Positions 8,333 to 17,307 are shown, counted from the first letter of the stretch. The stretch is 32,000 bases of DNA from Cupriavidus necator (GCF_016127575.1 NZ_CP066019.1:570001-602000), one strand, 5' to 3'. The notes: generated from the letters alone by a model not told the origin. A program made the numbers and translations.

Positions 8333-9565
8333 ATGCACTCCCTCCTGTCACGCATGTCCCGCCGCATGTCTTCCGTCCATTTCCCCGCCGGCCTGCCCGC
8401 ACGGTTTGCTGCCCTGTCCCTGTGCGCGCTGGCGCTGGCCGCCTGCGGCAAGTCTGAAGCGCCCAAGGCCGATGACGATCCCAAGGTCAGCGGCAATACC
8501 ATCCAGTTCCCGGCCAGCGTGAAGACGCTGCCGGGCATCGCCGGCGAAGCCGCCAGGACCGGCGGCGAGCGCATGCTGAGCCTGCCCGGCCGGCTGGTGT
8601 GGAACGAGGACAAGACCGTGCGCGTGTCGACGCCGTTTGCCGGCCGCGTCACCGAGATCCTGGTGCAGCCCGGCGCCACCGTGAAAGCGGGCCAGCCGCT
8701 GGCCAGCCTGACCTCGCCCGATTTCGGCGTGGCCCAGGCCGATGCGCGCAAGGCCGCCGCCGACAGCGCGGTCGCGGCCAAGGCGCTGGCACGGCAGCGC
8801 GAGCTGTACGGCGCCGGCATCATCGCGCAGAAGGAGCTGGAGCAGGCGCAGGCCGACGCCGCGCGCGCCGCGGCGGACCTGCAGCGCACCCAGGCGGCGC
8901 TGGCCCAGTACGGCGCGGCCGCGGGCGGCGCGGGCGCCTCAGGCATCGTAAACCAGCGCTTTCCGCTGCGCAGCCCGATCGACGGCCTGGTGGTCGAACG
9001 CAACATCAACCTCGGCATGGAGCTGCGCCCCGACCAGCCGCCCGCCGCGCCGTTGTTCCTGGTGACCGATCCGACCACGCTGTGGGCGCAGGTCGATGCG
9101 GGCGAGGCCGACCTGAGCCTGTTCAAGCCGGGCGTGGACGTGCAGCTCACCACCGCTGCCTGGCCCGGCGAGACCTTCTCCGGCACCGTGGTCAAGATCG
9201 CCGACTATGTCGATCCCACCGCGCGCAGTATCAAGGTGCGGCTGAACGTGCCCAACCCGGAGCGGCGCCTGAAGGCAGAGATGTTCGTCACCGCGAAGCT
9301 GCCGGCCGCGTCGTTCAAGGGCATCGCCGTGCCGTCCAAGGCCGTGTTCCTGGCCGACAACCGCAACTATGTGTTCGTGCGCACCACCGCCAATACCTTC
9401 GAGCGCCGCCTGGTGCGCGTGGGCGTGACGCTGCCCGGCACCACCGAGCTGCTTGAAGGCGTGAAGGACGGCGAGACCGTGATCACCGACGGCAACCTCT
9501 ACCTGCAGGACATCCTGCGCGATGCCACTGCCGTGAACGCGGCGCGTGCGTCCGAGAAGAAGTGA
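8333..9565 (+). CDS. Efflux RND periplasmic adaptor (membrane fusion protein), predicted lipoprotein
   Basis: Lipobox LALAAC|G. A lipoyl/hairpin region typical of HlyD/CzcB-type adaptors is present (VSTPFAGRVTEILVQPGATVKAGQPLASL ... RSPIDGLVVERN). The start is uncertain (ATG 8333, 8354 or 8366). Confidence 0.9.
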   Translation: MHSLLSRMSRRMSSVHFPAGLPARFAALSLCALALAACGKSEAPKADDDPKVSGNTIQFPASVKTLPGIAGEAARTGGERMLSLPGRLVWNEDKTVRVSTPFAGRVTEILVQPGATVKAGQPLASLTSPDFGVAQADARKAAADSAVAAKALARQRELYGAGIIAQKELEQAQADAARAAADLQRTQAALAQYGAAAGGAGASGIVNQRFPLRSPIDGLVVERNINLGMELRPDQPPAAPLFLVTDPTTLWAQVDAGEADLSLFKPGVDVQLTTAAWPGETFSGTVVKIADYVDPTARSIKVRLNVPNPERRLKAEMFVTAKLPAASFKGIAVPSKAVFLADNRNYVFVRTTANTFERRLVRVGVTLPGTTELLEGVKDGETVITDGNLYLQDILRDATAVNAARASEKK

Positions 9566-9578
9566 GGACGGCCGCCAC

Positions 9579-12500
9579 ATGATTTCGCGCATCGTCAGCT
9601 TTGCCCTGCACCAGAAGCTCTTTGTCTGGCTGGGCCTGCTTATCTTCGTCGGGGGCGGCCTGGCTGCATTCAAGAACCTGCCGATCGAAGCTTTCCCGGA
9701 TGTCTCCGACATCCAGGTCAACGTCATCACGCTGTACCCGGGCCGCGCCGCCGAAGAGGTGGAGCGCCAGGTGACCATCCCCATTGAAACCGCGCTGGCC
9801 GGAACGCCCAACGCGGTGCGGGTGTTCTCGCATACGCAGTTCGGCCTGTCGTTCATGATGGTGACCTTCAACGACCGCGCCACCGACGTGACCGCGCGCC
9901 AGCAGATCCTGGAGCGCCTGCGCAGCGTGGACCTGCCCGACGGCGTGCATCCGGACCTGGCGCCGCTGTCCACCGCGATCGGCGAGATCTACCGCTTCCG
10001 CCTGGCCGGCAAGGGCTATACCGCGCAAGAGCTGCGCACGCTGCAGGACTGGGTGGTGGAGAAAAACCTGCGCCAGGTGCCGGGCGTGGCCGACCTGGTC
10101 ACCATCGGCGGAACCATCAAGCAGTACGAGGTCAATCCCAACCTGGCGCGCATGCGCGATGCCAAGATCTCGCTGTCGCAGCTGTTCACCGCGCTGCAGC
10201 GCGCCAACGCCAATGCCGGCGGCGGCGCCGTGGCGCACGGCCGGCAACAGTTCCTGCTGCGCTCGCTGGGCAGTTTCCGCACCTCGGCCGATATCGCCAA
10301 CGTGGTGGTGGCCGAGAACCAGGGCACCCCGATCCTGGTCAAGGACATCGCCGACGTGAGGGTCGGCAGCGCGCCGCCGCAGGGCCTGATGGGCCAGGAC
10401 GACGAGGACGACATCGTCTCGGGCATCGTGGTGATGCGCAAGGGCGAGAACCCGTCGCTGGTGCTGGAGGCGCTGAAGAAGAGGATCGACCTGCTGGACG
10501 ACCAGATCCTGCCCAAGGGCGTGAAGATCGTGCCGTACTACGATCGCTCCACGCTGATCGACAAGACCCTGCACACCGTGTTCGGCAACCTGGTGGAAGG
10601 CGCGCTGCTGGTGATGGCGGTGCTGTACCTGTTCCTGGCCAACGTGCGCGCCGCGGCGATCGTGGCGCTGATCATCCCGCTGGCGCTGCTGTCGACCTTC
10701 ATCGGGCTGACCTGGGTGGGTATTCCAGCCAACCTGCTGTCTCTTGGCGCGATGGACTTCGGTATCATCGTCGACGGCGCGGTGATCGTGGTTGAGAATA
10801 TCTTCAAGCGGCTGGGCGAGCTCAAGGCGCAGCAGATCAAGGACAGCAAGGCGCGCCTGCATGCCATCCTGCAGGCCACCACGGAAGTGGGCCGTCCGAC
10901 CGTGTTCTCGATGGTCATCATCATTGCGGCGCACATCCCGATCTTCACGCTGCAGCGGCACGAGGGCAAGATCTTCGCGCCGATGGCCTACACGGTCACG
11001 GGCGCGCTGATCGGCTCCCTGATCCTCTCGCTGACGCTGGTGCCGCTGCTGTGCCACCTGCTGCTCACCAGGAACATCGCGCACGACGACAACTTCATCG
11101 TGCGCCACTGCAAGCGGCTCTATGAGCCGATGCTGGCCTGGGCGCTGGACCATAAGAAGCTGGTGGTGGGTTCGGCGCTGGGCCTGCTGGTGGTGACCGT
11201 GGGCGTGGGCAAGTTCCTCGGCAGCGAGTTCCTGCCCGAGCTGGACGAAGGCTCGATGTGGGTCAGCTTCGACCTGCCGGCATCGGTCTCGATCGACGAG
11301 GCGCGCGACCAGGCGCGGCTGCTGCGCAGCGTGATCCGCAAGACCCCGGAGGTCAATACCACCATCTCCAAGGTGGGCCGCCCCGACGACGGCACCGATC
11401 CCAAGCTGATCAACACCGTCGAGATCCTGGTGGACCTGAAGCCCGAGAAGCAATGGCGCGACGGCTTCAACAAGCGCGCCATCATCGGCGAGATCGACAA
11501 GAACCTGCGCCAGCTCCCCGGCATCGAGCCCAATTTCTCGCAGCCGGTGCGCGACAACATCCTGGAGAGCATCTCGCAGATCAAGGGCCAGATCGTGATC
11601 AAGGTGCAGAGCGACAGCCTGGAGCAGAACAAGAAGGTGGCCGACCAGATCCTGGCCAACGTGCAGACGGTCAAGGGCGTGATGCGCGCCTTTATCGACC
11701 GTGACGGCGAACTGCCGCAGTACGTGCTGGAGTTCGACCGGGCCCAGGCCGCGCGCTACGGCATCAATGTCGCCGACGTGCAGGACCTGATGGAAACCGC
11801 GCTGGCCGGCAAGGCCGCGACCGAGCTGTGGGAGGGCGAGAAGCATTTCAGCGTGGCCGTGCGCCTGAAGCCGTCGGAGCGCGCGCTGCCGAACCTGCCC
11901 AATATCTTCATGCAGACCGCGGACGGCGCGCAGGTGCCGCTGTCGCAACTGGTGACGTTCCGCGCGGCATCCGGTGCGATGAACATCAGCCGCGAGAACG
12001 GCCAGCGCACCACCTCGATCGGCATCTTTATCCGCGACCGCGACATGGGCAGCGTGGTCAAGGACATGCAGAAGCTGGTGGCGAAGAACGTCAAGGCCGA
12101 CGACGTCAAGATCAGCTGGTCGGGCGAGTTCGAGAACCAGGAGCGCGCCATGGCGCGGCTCTCGATCGTGGTGCCGCTGTCGGTGCTGGTGATCTTCCTG
12201 CTGCTGTTCAATGCGTTCAAGTCGTTCAAGAGCGCCACGCTGATCATCTCGAACATCCCGTTCGCGCTGATCGGGGGCGTGTTCGCGCTGTTCCTGACCG
12301 GCATCCCGCTGTCGGTGTCGGCGGCGATCGGCTTTATCGCGCTGTTCGGCCAGGCGGTGCTCAATGGCGTGGTCATGGTCACCTACTTCAACCAGCTGCG
12401 CGATGAAGGCATGCCGGTGCGCCAGGCGGTGCTGACGGGCTCGATGGACCGGCTGCGCACGGTGCTGATGACCGCGCTGCTGGCCATGCTGGGTTTGTTC

Positions 12501-12701
12501 CCGATGGCGATCTCTCGCGCCATCGGCTCTGAGACGCAGCGCCCGCTGGCCATCGTCATCATCGGCGGGCTGATCACCGCCACCATGCTGACGCTGATCG
12601 TGCTGCCCACCTTGTATGAATGGATGGTGGGGCGCAACTGGCCGGACGAAGAGGGCGAAGCGCCTGACGAGAACCGGTTGACGCCGTCGATTCTGGGCTG
12701 A
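9579..12701 (+). CDS. CzcA/CusA-family heavy-metal efflux RND permease
   Basis: Start trimmed to ATG 9579 (MISRIVSFAL...), with GAGGA upstream. About 1040 aa with 12-TM RND architecture. TM4 carries DFGIIVDGAVIVVEN (nt 10755-10799). Confidence 0.95.
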   Translation: MISRIVSFALHQKLFVWLGLLIFVGGGLAAFKNLPIEAFPDVSDIQVNVITLYPGRAAEEVERQVTIPIETALAGTPNAVRVFSHTQFGLSFMMVTFNDRATDVTARQQILERLRSVDLPDGVHPDLAPLSTAIGEIYRFRLAGKGYTAQELRTLQDWVVEKNLRQVPGVADLVTIGGTIKQYEVNPNLARMRDAKISLSQLFTALQRANANAGGGAVAHGRQQFLLRSLGSFRTSADIANVVVAENQGTPILVKDIADVRVGSAPPQGLMGQDDEDDIVSGIVVMRKGENPSLVLEALKKRIDLLDDQILPKGVKIVPYYDRSTLIDKTLHTVFGNLVEGALLVMAVLYLFLANVRAAAIVALIIPLALLSTFIGLTWVGIPANLLSLGAMDFGIIVDGAVIVVENIFKRLGELKAQQIKDSKARLHAILQATTEVGRPTVFSMVIIIAAHIPIFTLQRHEGKIFAPMAYTVTGALIGSLILSLTLVPLLCHLLLTRNIAHDDNFIVRHCKRLYEPMLAWALDHKKLVVGSALGLLVVTVGVGKFLGSEFLPELDEGSMWVSFDLPASVSIDEARDQARLLRSVIRKTPEVNTTISKVGRPDDGTDPKLINTVEILVDLKPEKQWRDGFNKRAIIGEIDKNLRQLPGIEPNFSQPVRDNILESISQIKGQIVIKVQSDSLEQNKKVADQILANVQTVKGVMRAFIDRDGELPQYVLEFDRAQAARYGINVADVQDLMETALAGKAATELWEGEKHFSVAVRLKPSERALPNLPNIFMQTADGAQVPLSQLVTFRAASGAMNISRENGQRTTSIGIFIRDRDMGSVVKDMQKLVAKNVKADDVKISWSGEFENQERAMARLSIVVPLSVLVIFLLLFNAFKSFKSATLIISNIPFALIGGVFALFLTGIPLSVSAAIGFIALFGQAVLNGVVMVTYFNQLRDEGMPVRQAVLTGSMDRLRTVLMTALLAMLGLFPMAISRAIGSETQRPLAIVIIGGLITATMLTLIVLPTLYEWMVGRNWPDEEGEAPDENRLTPSILG

Positions 12702-12728
12702 CGACCGCCCTGACTTCACTGGCAATTT

Positions 12729-12770
12729 GCGCCCCTCTCCCGCTGCGCGGGAGAGGGGCGCCTTGTTCTG
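12729..12770 (+). terminator. Terminator of the RND operon
   Basis: 14-bp perfect stem GCGCCCCTCTCCCG / CGGGAGAGGGGCGC (12729-12742 and 12748-12761), loop CTGCG, followed by CTTGTTCTG. Confidence 0.65.
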
Positions 12771-13022
12771 CGGCACGCATGCTCGCCCGCCGTCGCGCAC
12801 ATGACGCGCTGACCGCACCATCCCCCCTCCAGCAACCAGGTGCATGCCCCGCCGCGTGCCTCGCCCGCATTGCAATGTCGGAATAGTCTGACGCGCCTTT
12901 CGGAACCGGACGCCTGCTTCCCATACCCCCCCGGGCCTACTCTGTACTTACGGCATGGCCAGCAGCATAGCCGCCGGCCTCTCATGCGTACCTTTACGCA
13001 ATCACCCGGAAAGGAGATCGAC

Positions 13023-13631
13023 ATGTTGAAGAAATGGCTGACCGCAGCAGTGTGTTCGATGATGGTTGCCGCACCGGCGGGATTTGCGCTGGCGCAGATG
13101 ACCGCACCAACAACCGCGTCCGGAACGACTGCAACCGGGGCAAGGGCAGACTATGACGCCGCGGTGAAGCAGGCTGATGCGGACTACAAGGCTGCCTCCG
13201 CCAAGTGCAATGGCATGAAGGACAACGCCAAGGACGTCTGCAAGGCCGAGGCCAAGCGCGACCGCGATGTGGCCAAGGCCCAGGCCGAAGCCCGCCGCGA
13301 CGGCACGCAGAAGGCGACCGCCAAGGCCGAGAAGACCAAGGCTGACCGCGACTATGACGTAGCCAAGGAAATGTGCGACGACAAGAAGGGCAACGACAAG
13401 GACGTCTGCAAGAAGGACGCCAAGGCCGCCCATGAAAAGGCACTGATGGCTGCCAAGGTCGACAAGGCCGCGGCGACCGGTTCGCGTGCCGACGTGGCGG
13501 AAGCCCGTGCCGACGCGAAGAAGGACGCCACCGACGCCGCCTACAAGGCCGACAAGGAACGCTGCGACGCGATGTCGGGCGATGCCAAGGACAAGTGCCA
13601 GGCCGATGTGAAGGCCAAGTACGGCAAGTAA
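13023..13631 (+). CDS. Secreted Lys/Asp/Ala-rich protein with three internal Cx10C repeats
   Basis: Start trimmed to ATG 13023, with GGAAAGGAGA upstream. Signal peptide MLKKWLTAAVCSMMVAAPAGFALA|Q. Three repeat units of type DY[KD]xAxxxCxxxxGxxKDxCxxxxK lie at nt 13176-13256, 13344-13424 and 13533-13613. Confidence 0.7.
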   Translation: MLKKWLTAAVCSMMVAAPAGFALAQMTAPTTASGTTATGARADYDAAVKQADADYKAASAKCNGMKDNAKDVCKAEAKRDRDVAKAQAEARRDGTQKATAKAEKTKADRDYDVAKEMCDDKKGNDKDVCKKDAKAAHEKALMAAKVDKAAATGSRADVAEARADAKKDATDAAYKADKERCDAMSGDAKDKCQADVKAKYGK

Positions 13632-13732
13632 GCCTTCGCGGCATCCCGCCAGCATTGGCGGGCCACGCACCGCACCACCCGCAAGGGGACGCCTCCAATG
13701 CGCCCCCTTGCCACCGGATGAAGGAGCATGAG

Positions 13733-13936
13733 ATGAACTGGGACCAGATCGAAGGCAAGTGGGAACAAGCGAAGGGCAAGATCAAGGAGAAGTGGGGCAA
13801 GCTGACCGACGACGACATCGCGCAGATCAACGGCAAGCGTGACCAGCTTGCCGGCCGCATCCAGGAGCGCTATGGCTACACCAAGGAGCGCGCCGAGGAA
13901 GAAATGAAGGATTGGGAACGGGACACGCGCTGGTAA
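13733..13936 (+). CDS. CsbD-family stress-response protein
   Basis: 67 aa. MNWDQIEGKWEQAKGKIKEKWGKLTDDDIAQINGKRDQLAGRIQERYGYTKE is the canonical CsbD fold signature. AAGGAG lies upstream of ATG 13733. Confidence 0.9.
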   Translation: MNWDQIEGKWEQAKGKIKEKWGKLTDDDIAQINGKRDQLAGRIQERYGYTKERAEEEMKDWERDTRW

Positions 13937-13954
13937 GCAATGCGTGGCAGCTAG

Positions 13955-13993
13955 GCAAGGCGGGACGCCAGCGGGCGTCCCGCCTTGCTTTTT
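13955..13993 (+). terminator. Rho-independent terminator after csbD-like gene
   Basis: 15-bp perfect stem GCAAGGCGGGACGCC / GGCGTCCCGCCTTGC (13955-13969 and 13974-13988), loop AGCG, then TTTTT. Confidence 0.85.
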
Positions 13994-14174
13994 GCGTGCG
14001 GCGCGTGCTCGGAACCTGGCACCCCCGGAACGAGGGGTATGCCGGCGCGTATCGCACAGCATTAAGCGCGGATTAGCTCTGAATGCAACCGAATGATGCA
14101 CGCGCCACCCGCGCAGGGCATAACATGTCGCGTCGCCGACCCTGCCATCCGCCCGGCTTGCCTTCGCGCTCCGC

Positions 14175-15593
14175 ATGTACGCAGCCTTGCCCGCCTTCGT
14201 CTCGTCGATCTTCCTCGGTTACGGCCTCTATGTGCTGGTGACCAAGGGCGTGACGCGCGTCTCCACTTCGTTCTTCCTGCTGTGCGTGACCACCTTCGCC
14301 TGGCAGGGCACGTGGGTGTTCCTGTTCCAGGCCTCGCATCCCGATGTGTCGCTGATGCTGGCCCGGCTCGGCTACCTCTTCATCCTGTTCCTGCCGACCA
14401 CCTTCTACCACTTCATCGCCGAAGTCACCGAGTGCCGCCGCGAGCGGCCGTTGCTGCTGGCCTCGTACGGCCTGAGCCTGGTGCTGGCGGTGCTGCTGCT
14501 GACCACCGACCAGGTGGTCTCCGGCTACTACAGCTATTTCTTTGGCGACTATCCCAGGGCCGGCCCGCTGCATCCGCTGCACCTGGTGCAGACGGTGCTG
14601 GTGGCGCTGCGCAGCGCCTGGCTGCTGGTGGCGGCGCGGCGCAATGCAACCGCCGAACGCCGCAAGCGCTACAAGCTGTGCCTGGTGGCGGTGGCGCTCT
14701 ATTCGCTGGCGGCGGTGGACTACGCCGTCAACTATGGCGCGGCCTTCTATCCGCCGGGCGTGGTGTTCGTGGCGGCAAGCCTGGGCATCCTGGCGGTCAG
14801 CGTGGTGCGCTACGACCTGATGCATCCGTATTCGCTGGCCGCCACCGTGGCGCACGAGGTGCGCACGCCGCTGGCGACCATCCGCATGCAGGCGCAGGAG
14901 CTGGCGCGCACCTGGCCGCAGGTGCTGCATGGCTACCGGCTGGCGGTCCAGCAGGGGCTGTGCGAGGACCGCATGCGGCCCGGGCAGCTTGAGCGCGTGT
15001 CGAGCCTGGTCGGCGCCATCACGCGGGAAGTCGATGGCACCAGCACCGTGATCGACATGGCGCTGGCCTCGGTCACGCTGGAGCGGCTGGACCGCAGCAG
15101 CTTTGCCCCGCACGGCATTGCCGACTGCGTGCATGCGGCGCTGGAGCGCTACCCGTTCCAGGGCGAGGAGCGCGGCTGCGTGCAGGTGCGCGGCATCGAC
15201 CAGGGCTGGCGCTTTGTCGGCTCCGACACGCTGCTGGTCTACGTGCTGTTCAATCTGCTGAAGAACGCGCTGCATGCGATCCGCGCGGCCGGCGGCGGCC
15301 GCATCGACATCACCGGCGCGACCGAGGGCCAGTACCACGTGATCCGCTTTCGCGACACCGGCCCGGGCATTGCGGCCGACGTCATGCCGCGCATCTTCGA
15401 TCCGTTCTTCTCCACCAAGGCGCATGGCACCGGTGCCGGCCTCGGCCTGGCCTTCTGCCGGCGCGTGATCGAGACCTTCGGCGGGCGCATTGAGTGCGAG
15501 TCGGTGCCGGCCGTGCATACCACCTTTACCCTCAGCCTGCCGCGCTTCACCGCCATGGCCGACAGCCGGCTGCGCACCAGCACCGCCGGCTGA
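14175..15593 (+). CDS. Sensor histidine kinase with N-terminal 7-TM sensor region; no adjacent response regulator
   Basis: Seven hydrophobic segments fall in the first ~215 aa. The H-box is AHEVRTPLATI, the N-box NLLKNALHAI, G1 DTGPGI, F-box IFDPFFSTK and G2 GTGAGLGLAFC. There is no receiver domain. Confidence 0.9.
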   Translation: MYAALPAFVSSIFLGYGLYVLVTKGVTRVSTSFFLLCVTTFAWQGTWVFLFQASHPDVSLMLARLGYLFILFLPTTFYHFIAEVTECRRERPLLLASYGLSLVLAVLLLTTDQVVSGYYSYFFGDYPRAGPLHPLHLVQTVLVALRSAWLLVAARRNATAERRKRYKLCLVAVALYSLAAVDYAVNYGAAFYPPGVVFVAASLGILAVSVVRYDLMHPYSLAATVAHEVRTPLATIRMQAQELARTWPQVLHGYRLAVQQGLCEDRMRPGQLERVSSLVGAITREVDGTSTVIDMALASVTLERLDRSSFAPHGIADCVHAALERYPFQGEERGCVQVRGIDQGWRFVGSDTLLVYVLFNLLKNALHAIRAAGGGRIDITGATEGQYHVIRFRDTGPGIAADVMPRIFDPFFSTKAHGTGAGLGLAFCRRVIETFGGRIECESVPAVHTTFTLSLPRFTAMADSRLRTSTAG

Positions 15594-15646
15594 GCCACGG
15601 CCGGCGGTGCCGGATTCAGACCCGCGCGGGGTCAGCCGCGCCTGGC

Positions 15647-16144
15647 TCAGCTGGCCAGTGCCGGCAGCGCCAGTTCATATTCCCTGACCCGTTCGATGAT
15701 GCCCGCCGGAAAGCGCGTGATGCGCTTTTGCCGGTCGGCGAAGACGATCTGCTGGTAGCCCAGCGACACCGGCTTGCCCCCCACGCAGAAGCGGAACAGC
15801 AGGTAGGCCGAGCACTGCCGGACCTGGAAGGTGTTCAGGTAGCAATCCACGCGCTGGAACGGGAACGTCTCCTCGACATACTCCTGGTGCGCGCGCTTGG
15901 TCACGAAGACGCCGCCCGCGGCCAGCAGGTTGTCGTGGATGCATTCATGGAACCAGCGCTCCCGGCAAATACCCTGCCACTCGAAATAGCGGGCGAAGTA
16001 GGTGTTCATAAAGGCATTGGAATCCTTGAGGTAGATGTCGATCGCATGGTGGAAGGTCTTGTGCGAAGCGGTCTCGAACGCGTCGGGCGCCAGTTGGGCC
16101 GCGCCGCGATTCAGGATTTGGGGGATCACGTCTCGCATCAACAT
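15647..16144 (-). CDS. Hotdog-fold (4HBT/YbgC-like) acyl-CoA thioesterase family protein
   Basis: Start trimmed to ATG 16144, with AAGGAG 7 nt upstream. About 165 aa. The pattern IDIYLKDSNAFMNTYFARYFEWQGICRERWF matches the acidic catalytic residue plus central helix of 4HBT-type thioesterases. Confidence 0.65.
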   Translation of the reverse strand: MLMRDVIPQILNRGAAQLAPDAFETASHKTFHHAIDIYLKDSNAFMNTYFARYFEWQGICRERWFHECIHDNLLAAGGVFVTKRAHQEYVEETFPFQRVDCYLNTFQVRQCSAYLLFRFCVGGKPVSLGYQQIVFADRQKRITRFPAGIIERVREYELALPALAS

Positions 16145-16360
16145 AAGTTGACTCCTTGAGATGGCTGCAAGCGGCAGCCACGCCTGCCCCCGGGAAGGTT
16201 GGGGCATGGTGGCATTCTGTCCGCTTGGGCAGTGTCAAGGTGTGCGCTGAAGTGGGGGGTGCGGCACGTTCCGGCGCGTGACGCACGGGCGACAAAAGTC
16301 CCGGAATGCACGCCCGGGCCTGGCAATACCGGAGCGGCATGGATCGGCGTTAACCCGAGT

Positions 16361-16378
16361 AGTCTAGGTTTATAGACT
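16361..16378 (+). promoter_or_regulatory. Candidate GntR/HutC-type operator (inverted repeat AGTCTA-N6-TAGACT)
   Basis: The site lies in the only AT-rich patch of the thioesterase/gntR intergenic region, about 95-110 bp upstream of the GntR start. It has a GT...AC core as in GntR-family operators. TATAGAC/TATAGTC half-sites are repeated through 16389. Confidence 0.35.
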
Positions 16379-16472
16379 TTTATATAGTCGTCCGGCCAGG
16401 CTGCCTCCGGGCGGCCCACGCCTCGCCCCTTTTCCCCGACGTTCACCGGCGTTTCCCAACCTCCCTTGCCGC

Positions 16473-17249
16473 ATGGCAGACACCACGTCCAGCGAACTCC
16501 TCGCGCGCAGCCGCCAGCCGGTCTACCTGCAGCTGGCCACCATCTTCCGCCGCCAGATCGAAAGCGGCGCCTGGCGCGAGGGTGAGCGCATCCCGTCGCT
16601 GGAAGAGCTGTGCCGCCAGTACGGCGTGGCGCGCATGACCATGCACCATGCCTTGTCGATGCTCGATGAAGAAGGGCTGGTGGCGCGCTCGCGCGGGCGC
16701 GGCACCTTCGTCAAGGCGCCGTGCCAGTCGCGGCGGCAGGTGTCGCTGTCGACCAGCTGGGACGAGGCGGTGGCGGTGGGCGCTCAGCTGGACACCGAAG
16801 CGATGGTCGAATCCGCCGGCAACGTGCCGCTGCCCGCCGATCTCGGCATTCCGTGCCCCGGTGAGCGCGCCGCCGAATACCACTTCCTGCGCCGGTTGCA
16901 CCGGCTGGAAGGACGGCCGTTCGCGGTGGGCGAGGTCTATATCGAGGCCGGCGTCTTTGCGCGCGAGCCCGAGGCCTTCCGCCAGGGCGCCTCGGTGCCG
17001 GTGCTGGACCGCTTCCCCGGACTGTCGGTCAGCACCGCGCGCCAGCGCCTGTCGATCGTCGCGGCCGGGGCCGAATCCGCCGCCGCGCTGGCGCTTGCCG
17101 TGGGCGCGCCGGTGGCTGAGCTGCGCCGTTTTGCCTGTGTCCCGGGCGAGCGCGGCGAGCTGATCGTCTACTACGCACGCATCGAATTCCCGACCGACTT
17201 TGTCTGCCTGGATTTCGACCTGCTGGCGGCGCGGCCGTGCCCGGCCTGA
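16473..17249 (+). CDS. GntR-family regulator, HutC subfamily (wHTH plus UTRA effector domain)
   Basis: The N-terminus PVYLQLATIFRRQIESGAWREGERIPSLEELCRQYGVARMTMHHALSMLDEEGLVARSRGRGTFV is a canonical GntR wHTH. The C-terminal ~170 aa are UTRA-like. Confidence 0.9.
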   Translation: MADTTSSELLARSRQPVYLQLATIFRRQIESGAWREGERIPSLEELCRQYGVARMTMHHALSMLDEEGLVARSRGRGTFVKAPCQSRRQVSLSTSWDEAVAVGAQLDTEAMVESAGNVPLPADLGIPCPGERAAEYHFLRRLHRLEGRPFAVGEVYIEAGVFAREPEAFRQGASVPVLDRFPGLSVSTARQRLSIVAAGAESAAALALAVGAPVAELRRFACVPGERGELIVYYARIEFPTDFVCLDFDLLAARPCPA

Positions 17250-17307
17250 CGCCTCCCGTGCAACCAATGCCAACCTGCTGACCCAGAACCTGAGCGGAAC
17301 CCGAGAC

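Noticed and set aside
9483-12875. 1130-aa ORF on the minus strand spanning the whole RND permease gene
   Set aside because: It is a shadow ORF antisense to a gene with unmistakable CzcA-family homology. The product is low-complexity and rich in Arg, His, Gly, Asp and Gln, with no recognisable domain. Stop-poor antisense frames are expected at this GC content.
6929-15593. Idea that the histidine kinase at 14175 is the sensor controlling the RND efflux operon
   Set aside because: Two strong terminators and an unrelated two-gene stress unit separate the kinase from the operon. No response regulator is present. The kinase has a 7-TM sensor rather than the periplasmic metal-sensing domain of CzcS/CusS-type kinases.
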